64,000 bases of DNA from Planctomycetota bacterium (GCA_045105235.1 JBGCDH010000011.1:64894-128893), one strand, 5' to 3'; counted from the first letter of the stretch, positions 1 through 9,936 are shown. Notes: generated from the sequence alone by a model not told the origin. Made by a program: numbers and translations.

Positions 1-2187
1 GACATTGGTGCGTTTGCCGTAGCCGTTTTCACAGATCGTCATCAGCGTGCCCGTGCCGTCGGTGACGACCATGTCGCAGACCGCGTCATCGGCATCGAGC
101 TTGATGCCGCGCACGCCCACGGCACTGCGCCCCATCGAGCGCGCGCCGTCTTCGTCAAAGCGGATCGACATGCCGTTTTTGGTGCCGAGCACAACATGGT
201 CGCCCTTCTTGAGAAGGTTGACGCCGACAAGCTCGTCACCCTCTTCGAGACCGAGCGCGATGATGCCGCCGGCGCGCGGGCGGCTGTAGAGCTTGAGCGC
301 GCTCTTCTTGATCAACCCCTTGCGGGTCGCACTGATCAAGAAGCGGTCGTCGTCAAACTGGTTGACGCGCAGGATCTTGGTGATCGTCTCACCCTCCTGC
401 GTCTCGACCACGTTGATGAGCGCGCGGCCCTTCGCCGTCCGGCCGTAGCTCGGCAGCTCGTAGACCTTCTTCCAGTAGACGCGCCCGCGGTTCGTGAAGA
501 ACAGCAGATAGTCGTGCGTCGACGCGACGAACAGGTCCCAAAGGAAGTCGCCTTCCTTGAACTCCGCGCCGCTGACGCCCTTGCCGCCGCGGCCCTGCGT
601 TCGGTACTGATCGAGCGCGGTGCGCTTGATGTAGCCCTGGTGCGTGACCGTCACGACCATCATCTCTTCCGGGATGAGGTCTTCGGCGACAAAGTTGCCG
701 ACCTCTTCGTCGCTGATCTCGGTGCGGCGTGCATCGCCGTAGGCCTCGACCATCTCGCGAAGGTCCTGACGCATCAGGCCAAACAGGACGTCGTTGTCGT
801 TGAGGATCGTCTTGTAGTAGTTGATCTTCTCGAGCACGTCCTTGTACTCCGACTCGAGACGCTCGATCTCCAGGCCGGTCAGCTGCGACAAGCGCATGCT
901 GAGAATGGCGCGCGCCTGGATGTCGCTGAGCTCAAAACGCGCGATCAAGCGCACACGCGCTTCGTCGGAGTTGGCCGACGATTTGATGATCTCGATGACC
1001 TCATCGATGTTCTGCACTGCGAGGCGCAAACCATCGAGAATGTGCAGTCGCTCTTCGGCCTTGCGCAGCAAGAAGCGCGTGCGGCGTCGGATGACGTCGA
1101 TCCGGTGGTCGCGGTAGCACTCGAGCATCTGCTTGAAGCCGAGCGTGCGCGGACGGTTGTCGACGATCGCCAGGTTGATGATCGAGAACGTGCTCTGCAG
1201 CGGCGACAGCTTGAACAGCTGGTTGACCGTGACGACCTCGTCGTCGACGGCCTTCTTGAGCTCGACCACCAAGCGCAGGCCCACGCGGTCGTTGGACTCA
1301 TCGTTGACGTCCGAGATCGTGTCGATCTGACCGCTCTTCACGAGGTATTTGATTCGCTCCAAGATCGTCGTCGTCTTGATCTGGAACGGCACCTGCGTGA
1401 AGACGAGCAGCTTGCGGCCCTTCTTCTCTTCGAGGTGGTGCTTGGCCCGACAGGTCACCATGCCGCGACCGCTCGCGTAGGCGTTCCGGATGCCGGAGCG
1501 GCCCATGATGATGCCGCCGGTCGGGAAGTCCGGTCCCTGCACGGTCTCGAGCAGTTCGTCGAGCGTGATGTCCGGCTTGCTGTAGAGCTTGTCGAGCGCC
1601 GTCGCGACTTCGCGCAGGTTGTGCGGCGCCAGGCTCGCGGCCATACCGACCGCAATACCGGTTGAACCGTTGCAGATCAGGTTCGGAAAGCGCGCCGGCA
1701 GCACGACGGGCTGCATGCGCGTGCCGTCGTAGTTCTCGACGAGATCGACCGTCTCCTTGTCGAGGTCTTCGAGCAGGTGCGTAGCCGGGTGACCCAGCCG
1801 CGCCTCGGTGTATCGCATCGCGGCCGGCGGACTGCCGTCGATCGCACCGAAGTTGCCCTGGCTATCGACCAGCGGATAGCGCGTCGTAAACGGCTGCGCC
1901 ATGCCGACGAGGGTCGGGTAGACGACCGACTCACCGTGCGGGTGGTAGTTGCCGGACGTATCGCCACAGATCTTCGCACACTTACGGTGCTTGCCGCGCG
2001 GCCCCAGGTTGAGGTCGTTCATCGCGACCAGGACGCGTCGCTGGCTCGGCTTGAGACCGTCGCGCGCATCCGGCAGAGCGCGCGAGAGGATCACGCTCAT
2101 CGAGTAGTTGAGATAACTCTCGCGCATCTCCCGCTCGAGCAGGAGGTCCTGGATGCGGCCGCCTTCGGGCGGTTTCGTGTCGGTCAT
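1..2187 (-). CDS. gyrA: DNA gyrase subunit A, N-terminal ~728 codons; 3' end runs off the window start
   Basis: Reverse translation from the ATG at 2187-2185 gives [53 protein letters not shown]..., then [16 protein letters not shown] and a GyrA-box-like QGRGGKG. It is not in the ORF track because no stop lies inside the window. Confidence 0.9.
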   Translation of the reverse strand, partial: MTDTKPPEGGRIQDLLLEREMRESYLNYSMSVILSRALPDARDGLKPSQRRVLVAMNDLNLGPRGKHRKCAKICGDTSGNYHPHGESVVYPTLVGMAQPFTTRYPLVDSQGNFGAIDGSPPAAMRYTEARLGHPATHLLEDLDKETVDLVENYDGTRMQPVVLPARFPNLICNGSTGIAVGMAASLAPHNLREVATALDKLYSKPDITLDELLETVQGPDFPTGGIIMGRSGIRNAYASGRGMVTCRAKHHLEEKKGRKLLVFTQVPFQIKTTTILERIKYLVKSGQIDTISDVNDESNDRVGLRLVVELKKAVDDEVVTVNQLFKLSPLQSTFSIINLAIVDNRPRTLGFKQMLECYRDHRIDVIRRRTRFLLRKAEERLHILDGLRLAVQNIDEVIEIIKSSANSDEARVRLIARFELSDIQARAILSMRLSQLTGLEIERLESEYKDVLEKINYYKTILNDNDVLFGLMRQDLREMVEAYGDARRTEISDEEVGNFVAEDLIPEEMMVVTVTHQGYIKRTALDQYRTQGRGGKGVSGAEFKEGDFLWDLFVASTHDYLLFFTNRGRVYWKKVYELPSYGRTAKGRALINVVETQEGETITKILRVNQFDDDRFLISATRKGLIKKSALKLYSRPRAGGIIALGLEEGDELVGVNLLKKGDHVVLGTKNGMSIRFDEDGARSMGRSAVGVRGIKLDADDAVCDMVVTDGTGTLMTICENGYGKRTNV

Positions 2188-2279
2188 ATGGGCGCGTTGC
2201 TCAGTCTTGGAACGGCTGCGGAAAAGCCCATTGTTCCGCCGCTTGGCTGCTGCTTCAACATCGCTGCCGAACCTGTACG

Positions 2280-3191
2280 ATGGTCTTGCCGACTGAGAGC
2301 AAGATTCTCGGGCCGGCGCCCTATCCGCCTACCACGCCACTCGCTGGAGCCCCACCTTTGTTCGACAAGAGCGTCATCATCCTGGTCGTATCCCGCGAGA
2401 TCCTGGAGGGGTCCGTCGTGGACCGTAACGCAGCGTTCATCGCCAACCGGATTGACGACATCGGCTACCGGGTTCGCACCATCCAGGTATGCGACCGAGT
2501 GGAGGCCGAAATGGTGGCTACCATGAGCTGGGCACTTGGCCAAAAACCCACTTTCGTGCTCGTCACAGGCGGTATGGGGCCAAACTGGGACGACAACACT
2601 CGAGCCTGCCTGGCCAAGGCAGCGAGCCTCGAACTAGAAGAAAACCCTCAGGCTCGCGAGTATGTGCAAAACGCCTACCGCCGGCTGTTTGCCAAGCAGG
2701 TCGTGTCCCATCCGGACATGACAGATGCTCGATTGGGCATGGCGATGCTGCCCAAGGGCGCCCAGTGCTACGAAAATACGGTCGGTAGCGCGCCCGCCGT
2801 GCAGCTGAGCGTCGGCCCGACGACGGCGTTCCTGCTGCCGGGCGTGCCGGCAGAAATGCAGAGATTCTTTACGTCTCACGTCATGCCGGTCATGGCGGCG
2901 GCTGGGCCCGACACGGTGCGCGGCGAGCGTGCGGTCGACTACCACGGCCACGACGAGTCGTCGATCAGCCGCGTGCTGTCCGATATCTCCGCCAAGTATC
3001 CGGATCTAAGCATCCGCACCCGGGTGCAGGGCACGGAGATGTCGCGCACGATCCGGATCGTGCTGGTCGCCGAGCAGGACGACGCGGTCAAGCTCAACGA
3101 AGTGCTGGAGCAGGCCGAGCAAGACCTCCGCGACCGCCTTGGCCTGGAGCTCGACACCCCACCGACCGACGCATCACGCCTCGGCGACTAG
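2280..3191 (+). CDS. CinA/MoaB-like molybdopterin-binding (MoCF biosynthesis) domain protein; true start may be internal
   Basis: The segment ILVVSREILEGSVVDRNAAFIANRIDDIGY...FVLVTGGMGPNWDDNT matches the CinA N-terminal / MogA-MoaB fold signature. The ~30-residue N-terminal extension is uncertain. Confidence 0.6.
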   Translation: MVLPTESKILGPAPYPPTTPLAGAPPLFDKSVIILVVSREILEGSVVDRNAAFIANRIDDIGYRVRTIQVCDRVEAEMVATMSWALGQKPTFVLVTGGMGPNWDDNTRACLAKAASLELEENPQAREYVQNAYRRLFAKQVVSHPDMTDARLGMAMLPKGAQCYENTVGSAPAVQLSVGPTTAFLLPGVPAEMQRFFTSHVMPVMAAAGPDTVRGERAVDYHGHDESSISRVLSDISAKYPDLSIRTRVQGTEMSRTIRIVLVAEQDDAVKLNEVLEQAEQDLRDRLGLELDTPPTDASRLGD

Positions 3192-3226
3192 GCCTAAATC
3201 AAGCAATAGAAACGGCTTAGCGAAAC

Positions 3227-4285
3227 GTGACCGCCACCAGCAGCTTCAGCCAACGGCTTCTGCACTGGTTTCGACAAGGCCACCGCGACTTGCCGTGGCG
3301 TCACACGACCGACCCCTGGGCGATCTGGGTCAGCGAGATCATGCTGCAGCAGACTCGCGTGGAGACCGTGCGGGAGCCCTATCAGCGCTTCCTGCAGAGC
3401 TATCCAGATCCGGCATCGCTTGCCGGCATAAGCGACGATGAGCTGATGCTCGCATGGCGCGGACTCGGCTACTACCGGCGCGCCCGCCTGCTGCGCGACG
3501 GCGCCCGCCGTGTCGTCGAGACCCACGGTGGAGTGGTGCCAGGAACCATCGCGGAGCTGCGCGAACTACCCGGAATTGGCCCCTACACGCTCGGAGCCGT
3601 TGGCTCGATTGCCTTTGGGCACCCCGAACCCGCCGTCGACGGCAACGTCGAACGGGTCGCGTCTCGACATCGCGGCTTGGATGCGCCGATCGGCACGAGC
3701 CCGGCGCGCCGCGCGATCCGAGCAGTCGTCGTCGACTGGCTCGACGAAAAGAACGCCGGCGACTTCAACCAAGCCCTGATGGAGCTCGGCGCAACGGTCT
3801 GCACGCCCACTTCGCCGGGCTGTGGCGACTGCCCAGTCGCATCCGACTGCATCGCCAAGCGCGACCGCCGAACCGGCGAGCTACCCGTCAAAAAGGCGCA
3901 GCGAGCTGCCGTCGAGGTCACCGCACGCGTCTTGCTGGCGCTTCGGCACGGCAAGCGCGGCCAAGAGGCCCTTGGCTACCGCATTCCTGCCGATCAGCCC
4001 AACGCCGGCCAGATCGAGCTGCCCGGCCCCGGGGTGCTGGTCGACTGCGACCCGGACGATCTCGCCGAAACCGTTCAAAAACGCTTTTCGGCACGCCTCG
4101 AGACGGGCGCGACGGTCGCCGAGATCCGGCACGGGATCACCCATCATCGAATCACGCTGCATGCTCACATGGCCAAGTCCGTAGCCGAACGCGGCCGGCT
4201 GCGCTGGTTTACGCGCGATGGCGAGACCCCGTGGACGACGGTCTCGCGCAAGGTGTTTGCACAGACGAACGTGCTCGAGGCGTGA
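3227..4285 (+). CDS. mutY: A/G-specific adenine DNA glycosylase
   Basis: Motifs seen: LLHWFRQGHRDLPWR, WVSEIMLQQTRV, HhH-GPD (LPGIGPYTLGAV) and a 4-Cys FeS loop (CTPTSPGCGDCPVASDC). A NUDIX-like C-terminal domain follows. Confidence 0.85.
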   Translation: MTATSSFSQRLLHWFRQGHRDLPWRHTTDPWAIWVSEIMLQQTRVETVREPYQRFLQSYPDPASLAGISDDELMLAWRGLGYYRRARLLRDGARRVVETHGGVVPGTIAELRELPGIGPYTLGAVGSIAFGHPEPAVDGNVERVASRHRGLDAPIGTSPARRAIRAVVVDWLDEKNAGDFNQALMELGATVCTPTSPGCGDCPVASDCIAKRDRRTGELPVKKAQRAAVEVTARVLLALRHGKRGQEALGYRIPADQPNAGQIELPGPGVLVDCDPDDLAETVQKRFSARLETGATVAEIRHGITHHRITLHAHMAKSVAERGRLRWFTRDGETPWTTVSRKVFAQTNVLEA

Positions 4286-4378
4286 GGCAAGTCGTGATCC
4301 GCCGAGCGCAGATCGCTACCCTCTCTGCCCTTTCGCACACCCCTTCCGCAACAAACACGCAAACACAAGGCAGCAACC

Positions 4379-5152
4379 ATGGGTCTGATGGATGGAAAGA
4401 ACGTCGTCATCTTTGGCGTCGCCAACAAGCGCTCGATTGCCTGGGGCATTGCCCAGGCGCTGCAGCGCGAAGGCGCCAAACTGGCGTTCAGCTACCAAAA
4501 CGACCGCATGGCTGGCGCGCTGGAAAAGCTCGTCGCCGACATGCCGGAAAAGCCGTTTATGGCGCCCTGTGACGTCAGCGTCGACGGCGACATCGAACGC
4601 TTCTACGAGGCGCTCGGGAAGGAGTGGGACGGCATCGATGGGTTGGTCCACTCGATCGCCTTCGCCAAGCGCGAAGAGCTCGGCGGCAACTTCCGCGATA
4701 CCACGTGGGACGGCTACGCCCTGGCACAGCAGGTCAGCGCCTGGTCGCTGATCGGCCTGACCAAGGGTGCCATGCCAATGATGGAAGGACGCGACGCTAG
4801 CGTGGTGTGCCTGAGCTACTACGGCGCCGAAAAGGTCGTCACCAACTACAACGTCATGGGCGTAGCCAAAGCCGCGCTCGAATCGTCGACGCGATACCTG
4901 GCCAATGACGTCGGCCAACACGGCGTGCGCGTCAACGCGATCTCCGCCGGCCCCATCAAGACGGTCTCGGCGATGGGCGTTGGCGACTTCGGCACCCTGC
5001 TGGATTCCATGGCGCAAAAGGCGCCGCTGCGTCGCAACGTGGACCAAGCTGACGTTGGCAACACTGCCGCGTTCTTGCTGTCGTCGCTTAGCGGTGGCAT
5101 CACCGGCCAGACGATCTACGTCGACGCGGGTTACAGCATTCTGGGTATCTAG
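4379..5152 (+). CDS. fabI: Enoyl-[acyl-carrier-protein] reductase (NADH), FabI type
   Basis: GVANKRSIAWGIAQ N-terminus, VHSIAFA, YNVMGVAKAALE (Tyr/Lys catalytic pair), NAISAGPIKT. Length of 257 aa is typical. Confidence 0.9.
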   Translation: MGLMDGKNVVIFGVANKRSIAWGIAQALQREGAKLAFSYQNDRMAGALEKLVADMPEKPFMAPCDVSVDGDIERFYEALGKEWDGIDGLVHSIAFAKREELGGNFRDTTWDGYALAQQVSAWSLIGLTKGAMPMMEGRDASVVCLSYYGAEKVVTNYNVMGVAKAALESSTRYLANDVGQHGVRVNAISAGPIKTVSAMGVGDFGTLLDSMAQKAPLRRNVDQADVGNTAAFLLSSLSGGITGQTIYVDAGYSILGI

Positions 5153-5209
5153 AACCCTGGGATCTAGAGAACCAGAATAACTAGAATCTCGTGGCCGGCG
5201 CCGTTGGCG

Positions 5210-5995
5210 CTAGCCACATGCCCACCCGAACCCGAGCTGGTCCGGATGGTCTTGGCACTGCGTGAGGTAGCCGCAGCCGACGTCGCCAAACATGTAGGGC
5301 AGGTTGTTTTCGCTATCGAGTTGAAAGACCAGCGACATCACGCTGCCGCACGTGGGACATCTTGGGTATTCGACTCCCTGCACCCAGCAGGGCCAGCCGC
5401 CGAGTTTGTCGTCTGCCGCGGCTGTGGAGATTCGCTCCGCGACTTCGAGATCAAGCGGGCCGAGATCTGCGGCAGGATCCGCGCACGTCACGCTCGCCGT
5501 CTGCGCATCGAAGTCATAGGAAATCGACAGTCCTAGGTCTTGGAACTCCGCCGGGTGCGGGGCATCCGCAAACTCCTGCCATTCACCAATCACCTTGCAG
5601 GGAAACGGTTCGGTCCCGGCCTCGCAAGTGAGCCCATCCGCTGGCTGCAACAGCCTGGCAAAGCTCGCCTCGCCGAACGGCATCCAGGTCTCGCACATGC
5701 CATCGTCGGTCGCACAATAGAACAGCTGCAGCAAGCCGCTTTCACCCGCCACCGGCATCCCCGACGGCAGCTGCGACAAATCCAGCTGCAGCATAAACCG
5801 CATCGGCTCTTTGCACTCGCCGCAGCAGGGCCACTCGAACCCCTTCTCGACGAGCGGCTCTCCGCCAAACCAGGACATCGGCCCGTCAATACCCGCCGGC
5901 CCGTCAACACCCGCAGGCTCGACAACCGGTCGCCAGGCGCTGCGCACATGCTTCGCTCGCCAAGCGGCGATGAATCGCTCTAGCTGGTCAGTCAT
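5210..5995 (-). CDS. DUF1963 / YwqG-like family protein (start taken at MTDQLERF; the track ORF extends to 6088)
   Basis: SWFGGEPL...WPCCGECKEPMRFMLQLDL near the N-terminus and KLGGWPCWVQGVEYPRCPTCGSVMSLVFQLDS...MFGDVGCGYL near the C-terminus are the characteristic paired motifs of the family. Confidence 0.6.
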   Translation of the reverse strand: MTDQLERFIAAWRAKHVRSAWRPVVEPAGVDGPAGIDGPMSWFGGEPLVEKGFEWPCCGECKEPMRFMLQLDLSQLPSGMPVAGESGLLQLFYCATDDGMCETWMPFGEASFARLLQPADGLTCEAGTEPFPCKVIGEWQEFADAPHPAEFQDLGLSISYDFDAQTASVTCADPAADLGPLDLEVAERISTAAADDKLGGWPCWVQGVEYPRCPTCGSVMSLVFQLDSENNLPYMFGDVGCGYLTQCQDHPDQLGFGWACG

Positions 5996-6264
5996 CGAAT
6001 GGTTCCCGCTGTTCCTGCAGAATCTCAAGCGCCGCTGCGGCCTAGCCGTGAGGTCGTCCGGCGACGGCTGCTTCAGCATGTTTGACAAGTCGCCGGCTCA
6101 AGAACCGGAACACGACCGAATTGGCCCAGGCCATGGCGAACAACCCCGCGCCAACGATACAGGAGCAAAAAAGGTAGGCCCTGCCCGTTTGACGATCTGA
6201 TCCATAATTCGTGAAGCCCCGAATCTCGATGGGTGGCCCGATCCGGCGTCGGCGGCGCTCGGGC

Positions 6265-7449
6265 TTATTGAATCTCAGCCGTCAACAGCGACTGCAGCCA
6301 TCCCTCTAGTGCCTTGCGTTCAGCGGCGGAAAGGCCGCTGGCCTGCAGCCCCACAGTTTCCGCCGACGCCGGCGCAACCGCCAGCGCACGCTGCACGAGC
6401 TCGACTGCGGTCGCCGGCTCCTCGTTCGACAGCAGCCGCGCCATGTTCAGCAGGCTTGGGATATGGCTTGGGTCGCGGGCCAAGGACTCGGAGTAGAACG
6501 AACGCGCGGCGGCCTCGTCGCCTTCCTCTGCCGCAAGCACACCCAGGCGAAAGTAGGGCTCGGGACTTTGCTCAAAGCGCGTCGCCACGTCGCCAAGGTG
6601 CTGGATCGCTTGGTTGCGAAGCGTCTCCGCACGATCGACTTCGGAGTCGGCTTTGGCGAGCTCGGCGGCTCGCAGCTGCGCGGTGGCAATCGCCAGCGCC
6701 GCATCACAGTCGCCCGGCGCGAGCTCGGCACAGCGAGCGAACGCCCGCACCGCACCTTCTGCCTGGAGCCTGGCCTGCTGGTTGGAAACCCCGTCCGGAA
6801 CCTGGGCGATGCGCAGCAGGGAGCTACCGAGCCGGAAGTGGGCCGTCGCATCATCCGGACGAAGAAGAACATAGGTCTCTAGGTGTGGCAGGGCCGCGCG
6901 CTCTTCGCCCAGCTCGTAGCGGTAGGTGCCCGCGATCCCGAGCAAAGCCGCACGCTCGCTAGCTGGCGCGTCGGCGGTTCGCTCCAGCGCCTGCTCCGCA
7001 GCCAGCGCCGCGGCGCTCATATGGCCCGTCTCGGCGAGAAAAACCGCGTGCAGCCAGCCAACAAACGCGTCGTCGGGCTTCAGCTGCGTCGCCAAGCGCA
7101 TCTCACATTCACCGCGACGCAGCTTGACCCATTCGACTGGCTCGACCTGACTGGCCTCCTGCAGCAGAACCATGCCGAGCACGGCGCGAGCACGCGCCGC
7201 CCGCGGATTACGTGCCAGGGCGGCCGTAGCGGCGTCGCGGGCCTCGCCGTAGCGGCGACGAACGACAGCATCGACCGCCGTCTGCTCCAACTCCACGCAC
7301 GCGGCTTGCTCGGCGGCGTTGAGAGCGACCTCCGGCAGGAGATCGGCACGCACTTCGTCTGGATTCGGCGCCACGGAGGCACAGCCAAGCAGAACCAATC
7401 CCAGGAGTGAGGAGCTGGGGCGCAGCTGCGGCACGCGACAAACAAGCAT
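6265..7449 (-). CDS. TPR-repeat lipoprotein
   Basis: Signal peptide with a lipobox (LGLVLLGCAS), followed by Ala/Leu/Arg-rich TPR-like helical repeats. Confidence 0.6.
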   Translation of the reverse strand: MLVCRVPQLRPSSSLLGLVLLGCASVAPNPDEVRADLLPEVALNAAEQAACVELEQTAVDAVVRRRYGEARDAATAALARNPRAARARAVLGMVLLQEASQVEPVEWVKLRRGECEMRLATQLKPDDAFVGWLHAVFLAETGHMSAAALAAEQALERTADAPASERAALLGIAGTYRYELGEERAALPHLETYVLLRPDDATAHFRLGSSLLRIAQVPDGVSNQQARLQAEGAVRAFARCAELAPGDCDAALAIATAQLRAAELAKADSEVDRAETLRNQAIQHLGDVATRFEQSPEPYFRLGVLAAEEGDEAAARSFYSESLARDPSHIPSLLNMARLLSNEEPATAVELVQRALAVAPASAETVGLQASGLSAAERKALEGWLQSLLTAEIQ

Positions 7450-8431
7450 GTCCGCATCATCGTCTGGCCTGGCCCTCGCGGAAAGCTACGCTTCGAACAT
7501 GGTGCGCATCGCAGCCGACATGACCTGGCTGGTGGGCCGGACTCCCCTGGTCGACCTAGCCCGAATGTCTCCCCCCGACGTGCGCCTAATCGGCAAACTC
7601 GACGCCTGGAATCCATCCGGTAGCAACAAAGACCGCGCGGCACTCGGCATGATCCGGCATGCAGAACAGAGCGGGTTCCTCAAGCCAGGACAGACCATCG
7701 TCGAATGCAGTAGCGGCGACCTTGGACTGGCGCTCGCCATGGTCGGCAGCAAGCTGGGCTACCGAGTCGTGCTGACGATGCCGGCGACCGTGCCCGAAGC
7801 GCAACGCAAGCTGCTTGAAGCGGTTGGCGCAGAGGTCGACACGACTCCGGCGAGCACCGGCATGCGAGGCGCGATGGCTCGGGTCGAAGAACGAACGCGC
7901 GCCGAGCAGGGTGCTGTTTGCCTGCAGGCGTTCTCCAACCGCGCCAACAGCCGAGCGCATGCGGAAACGACCGCGCGCGAGATCTGGGAGGACACGGATG
8001 GCCAGATCGACGTCGTCGTGGTTCCCATTGGCACAGGTGGCACGGCGGCGGGCTGCATCGAGTTCTTCCGCGGCCGCTCGGTTCGTGTCGTCGGCGTGCA
8101 GCCCCATGGCAGCCCGGTGCTGACGGGTGGGAGCCCTGGCCACCACGCGATCCCAGGGCTCGGCGCACCGTTTATTCCGGACATCTTGACGCCATCGGAA
8201 CTCGACGAAATCGTCGATGTCTCCGATGAAGATGCGCACACTGCGACGCGGCGGCTGATGCACGAGGAATCCCTGCTGCTCGGCCCGGCGAGCGGCGCGG
8301 TTGTCCATGCTGCCATCGCCATTGCGGAGCGGCAGCGCAAGCCAGCAGAGAAACCAGCCTGGATCGTCGCGGTCCTCCCCGACGCGGCCGAACGCAATCT
8401 CGAATACTGGATGCCACAGGTGACCCAATGA
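7448..8431 (+). CDS. PLP-dependent cysteine synthase / beta-substituted alanine synthase family enzyme (divergent)
   Basis: TPLV, NPSGSNKDRAAL (PLP lysine motif), VVPIGTGGTAAG glycine loop, SGAVVHAA. The substrate loop reads SSGDLG rather than the canonical TSGNTG. An alternative start lies at 7499. The track start at 7319 overlaps the divergent gene. Confidence 0.75.
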   Translation: MSASSSGLALAESYASNMVRIAADMTWLVGRTPLVDLARMSPPDVRLIGKLDAWNPSGSNKDRAALGMIRHAEQSGFLKPGQTIVECSSGDLGLALAMVGSKLGYRVVLTMPATVPEAQRKLLEAVGAEVDTTPASTGMRGAMARVEERTRAEQGAVCLQAFSNRANSRAHAETTAREIWEDTDGQIDVVVVPIGTGGTAAGCIEFFRGRSVRVVGVQPHGSPVLTGGSPGHHAIPGLGAPFIPDILTPSELDEIVDVSDEDAHTATRRLMHEESLLLGPASGAVVHAAIAIAERQRKPAEKPAWIVAVLPDAAERNLEYWMPQVTQ

Positions 8432-9432
8432 GCAGCGCCGACTCCAACGACGTGCAGCAACGCGCGCAGGCCCTTTTGGCGCGAATCACGGCTCTGCGAA
8501 GCCAAATCCAGAACCGTATCCTCGGCCAAGAGCAGCTGATCGACGACCTCATCGTCGCGATGCTTGCCGGCGGCCACGTGCTGCTGGAGGGCTTGCCGGG
8601 ACTCGGCAAGACCATGCTCGTGCGCGCACTCGCCGAAGGACTGGGGCTCGAGTTTTCGCGCGTTCAGTTCACGCCGGACCTTATGCCGAGTGACGTCACC
8701 GGCACCCAGGTGCTCGATGAGGACGGCGGCCGTCGATCCTTCCGGTTTCAGCGCGGGCCGATCTTTGCGGGACTGGTTCTCGCCGACGAGATCAACCGCG
8801 CAACGCCAAAGACACAGTCGGCTCTGCTCGAGGCGATGCAGGAAGCTTCGGTCACGGTCGCCGGCACAACCCATGCGCTGCCGCAGCCGTTTCACGTCAT
8901 CGCGACGCAGAACCCGATCGAGCTTGAGGGCACGTTCCCATTGCCGGAAGCGCAGCTCGACCGCTTCTTCTTTCGGCTAGATGTCGCGTCACCAGGGGCT
9001 GCGGACATGGCACGCATCCTGTCATCGACAACGGGAACCGAACAGTCCGAAGCCTCGGCACAGATTGGCATCGACGAGCTTCACCAGCTGCAGCGACTCG
9101 TCCGCGAAGTTCTGTGCGGCAGCCACCTCGTTCGCTTTGTCGCCGAACTCGTAGTTGGCACGCACCCCGCTGCCGACAACCCCGACGAGCCAACACGACG
9201 CTTTGTGCGCTACGGCGCGAGCGCACGTGCCGGACAGGCAATCCTGCTCGGAGCGAAGGCACGCGCTCTGCTCGCCGGCCGCCCTGCTGTTGTAGAAGAC
9301 GACATCGACGCATGCCTGTTGCCCGCGCTTCGCCACCGCGTGCTGCTCGGCTTCGAAGCAGACGCAGAGCAAGTAACCGTCGAACAGCTGCTGCCTGCGT
9401 GGCGACAGCGCGCGCGCGAAAGCGCTCGATAG
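8428..9432 (+). CDS. MoxR-family AAA+ ATPase
   Basis: ILGQEQLIDDLIVAMLAGGHVLLEGLPGLGKT (Walker A), LADEINRATPKTQSALLEAMQE (Walker B), VIATQNPIELEGTFPLPEAQLDRF. Its ATG overlaps the upstream stop as ATGA at 8428-8431. Confidence 0.9.
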   Translation: MSSADSNDVQQRAQALLARITALRSQIQNRILGQEQLIDDLIVAMLAGGHVLLEGLPGLGKTMLVRALAEGLGLEFSRVQFTPDLMPSDVTGTQVLDEDGGRRSFRFQRGPIFAGLVLADEINRATPKTQSALLEAMQEASVTVAGTTHALPQPFHVIATQNPIELEGTFPLPEAQLDRFFFRLDVASPGAADMARILSSTTGTEQSEASAQIGIDELHQLQRLVREVLCGSHLVRFVAELVVGTHPAADNPDEPTRRFVRYGASARAGQAILLGAKARALLAGRPAVVEDDIDACLLPALRHRVLLGFEADAEQVTVEQLLPAWRQRARESAR

Positions 9433-9619
9433 GGCGCTCGGAATCGCGCAGCGTTCACCTCGCGCGCTTTCGCAAACCGAGCCGCAACGTCGCGCAACCG
9501 CGTTCGTTGCACTCGTTCTCAATTTTTACGAGAACGAGCCCTTTGGTATGCCCAAGTCCGCAGTGTGGTTCCGGCCCACCGCGCATACCTCAAAAAAAGG
9601 CTACGGCTTTGGAAAGTTA

Positions 9620-9773
9620 TGCCCGCTCGTTCGTCTACTACCGTGCATGGGACGAGTGGTCCCGACCGCGTGGCGCTGTTACAGCAGCGTCGTATTCGAG
9701 AGGGCAAACTTGAGCGGTCGGGACCCACCGTGGCCGGCGATCCAGGGAGAGGATCGCCGGCCACTCTTTTTTT
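9620..9773 (+). ncRNA. Candidate structured small RNA or long structured 3' UTR ending in an intrinsic terminator; 5' end undefined and family not recognised
   Basis: Non-coding spacer between moxR and cyaY. A 12-bp perfect stem (9658-9669 pairs with 9714-9725) encloses a small hairpin (gcgctg/cagcgt). A possible 8-bp stem pairs 9623-9630 with 9652-9659. The terminator at 9730-9773 follows. Confidence 0.3.
9730..9773 (+). terminator. Rho-independent terminator
   Basis: A 14-bp perfect GC-rich stem, GTGGCCGGCGATCC (9730-9743) pairing with GGATCGCCGGCCAC (9751-9764), with a 7-nt loop, followed by TC and seven Ts. Confidence 0.75.
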
Positions 9774-9936
9774 CGCAACCCCCTCTTGTCTGCGCAAACC
9801 CCGACGCCGCACGAGGCTTCGGCAAGCAACGATCGCGCGGATTGCCGAGCAGAGCCCCTCAATCCGATGAGGTCGGATACCGCATCCGAAAGACACGGCT
9901 TTTCCCATCGCCCATGCTGTCGCATCATCGCCATCG

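Noticed and set aside
196-1665. 489-aa plus-strand ORF, together with several other ORFs at 47-2526
   Set aside because: It is antisense to an unmistakable gyrA reading frame. Its Arg/Ala/Leu/Asp/Val-rich sequence has no motifs, which is the typical high-GC shadow ORF.
7319-7447. Upstream extension of the cysteine-synthase-like ORF (track start 7319)
   Set aside because: The 43 extra codons overlap the N-terminus (signal peptide and lipobox) of the divergent TPR lipoprotein gene and encode an Arg/Ser-rich segment absent from this enzyme family.
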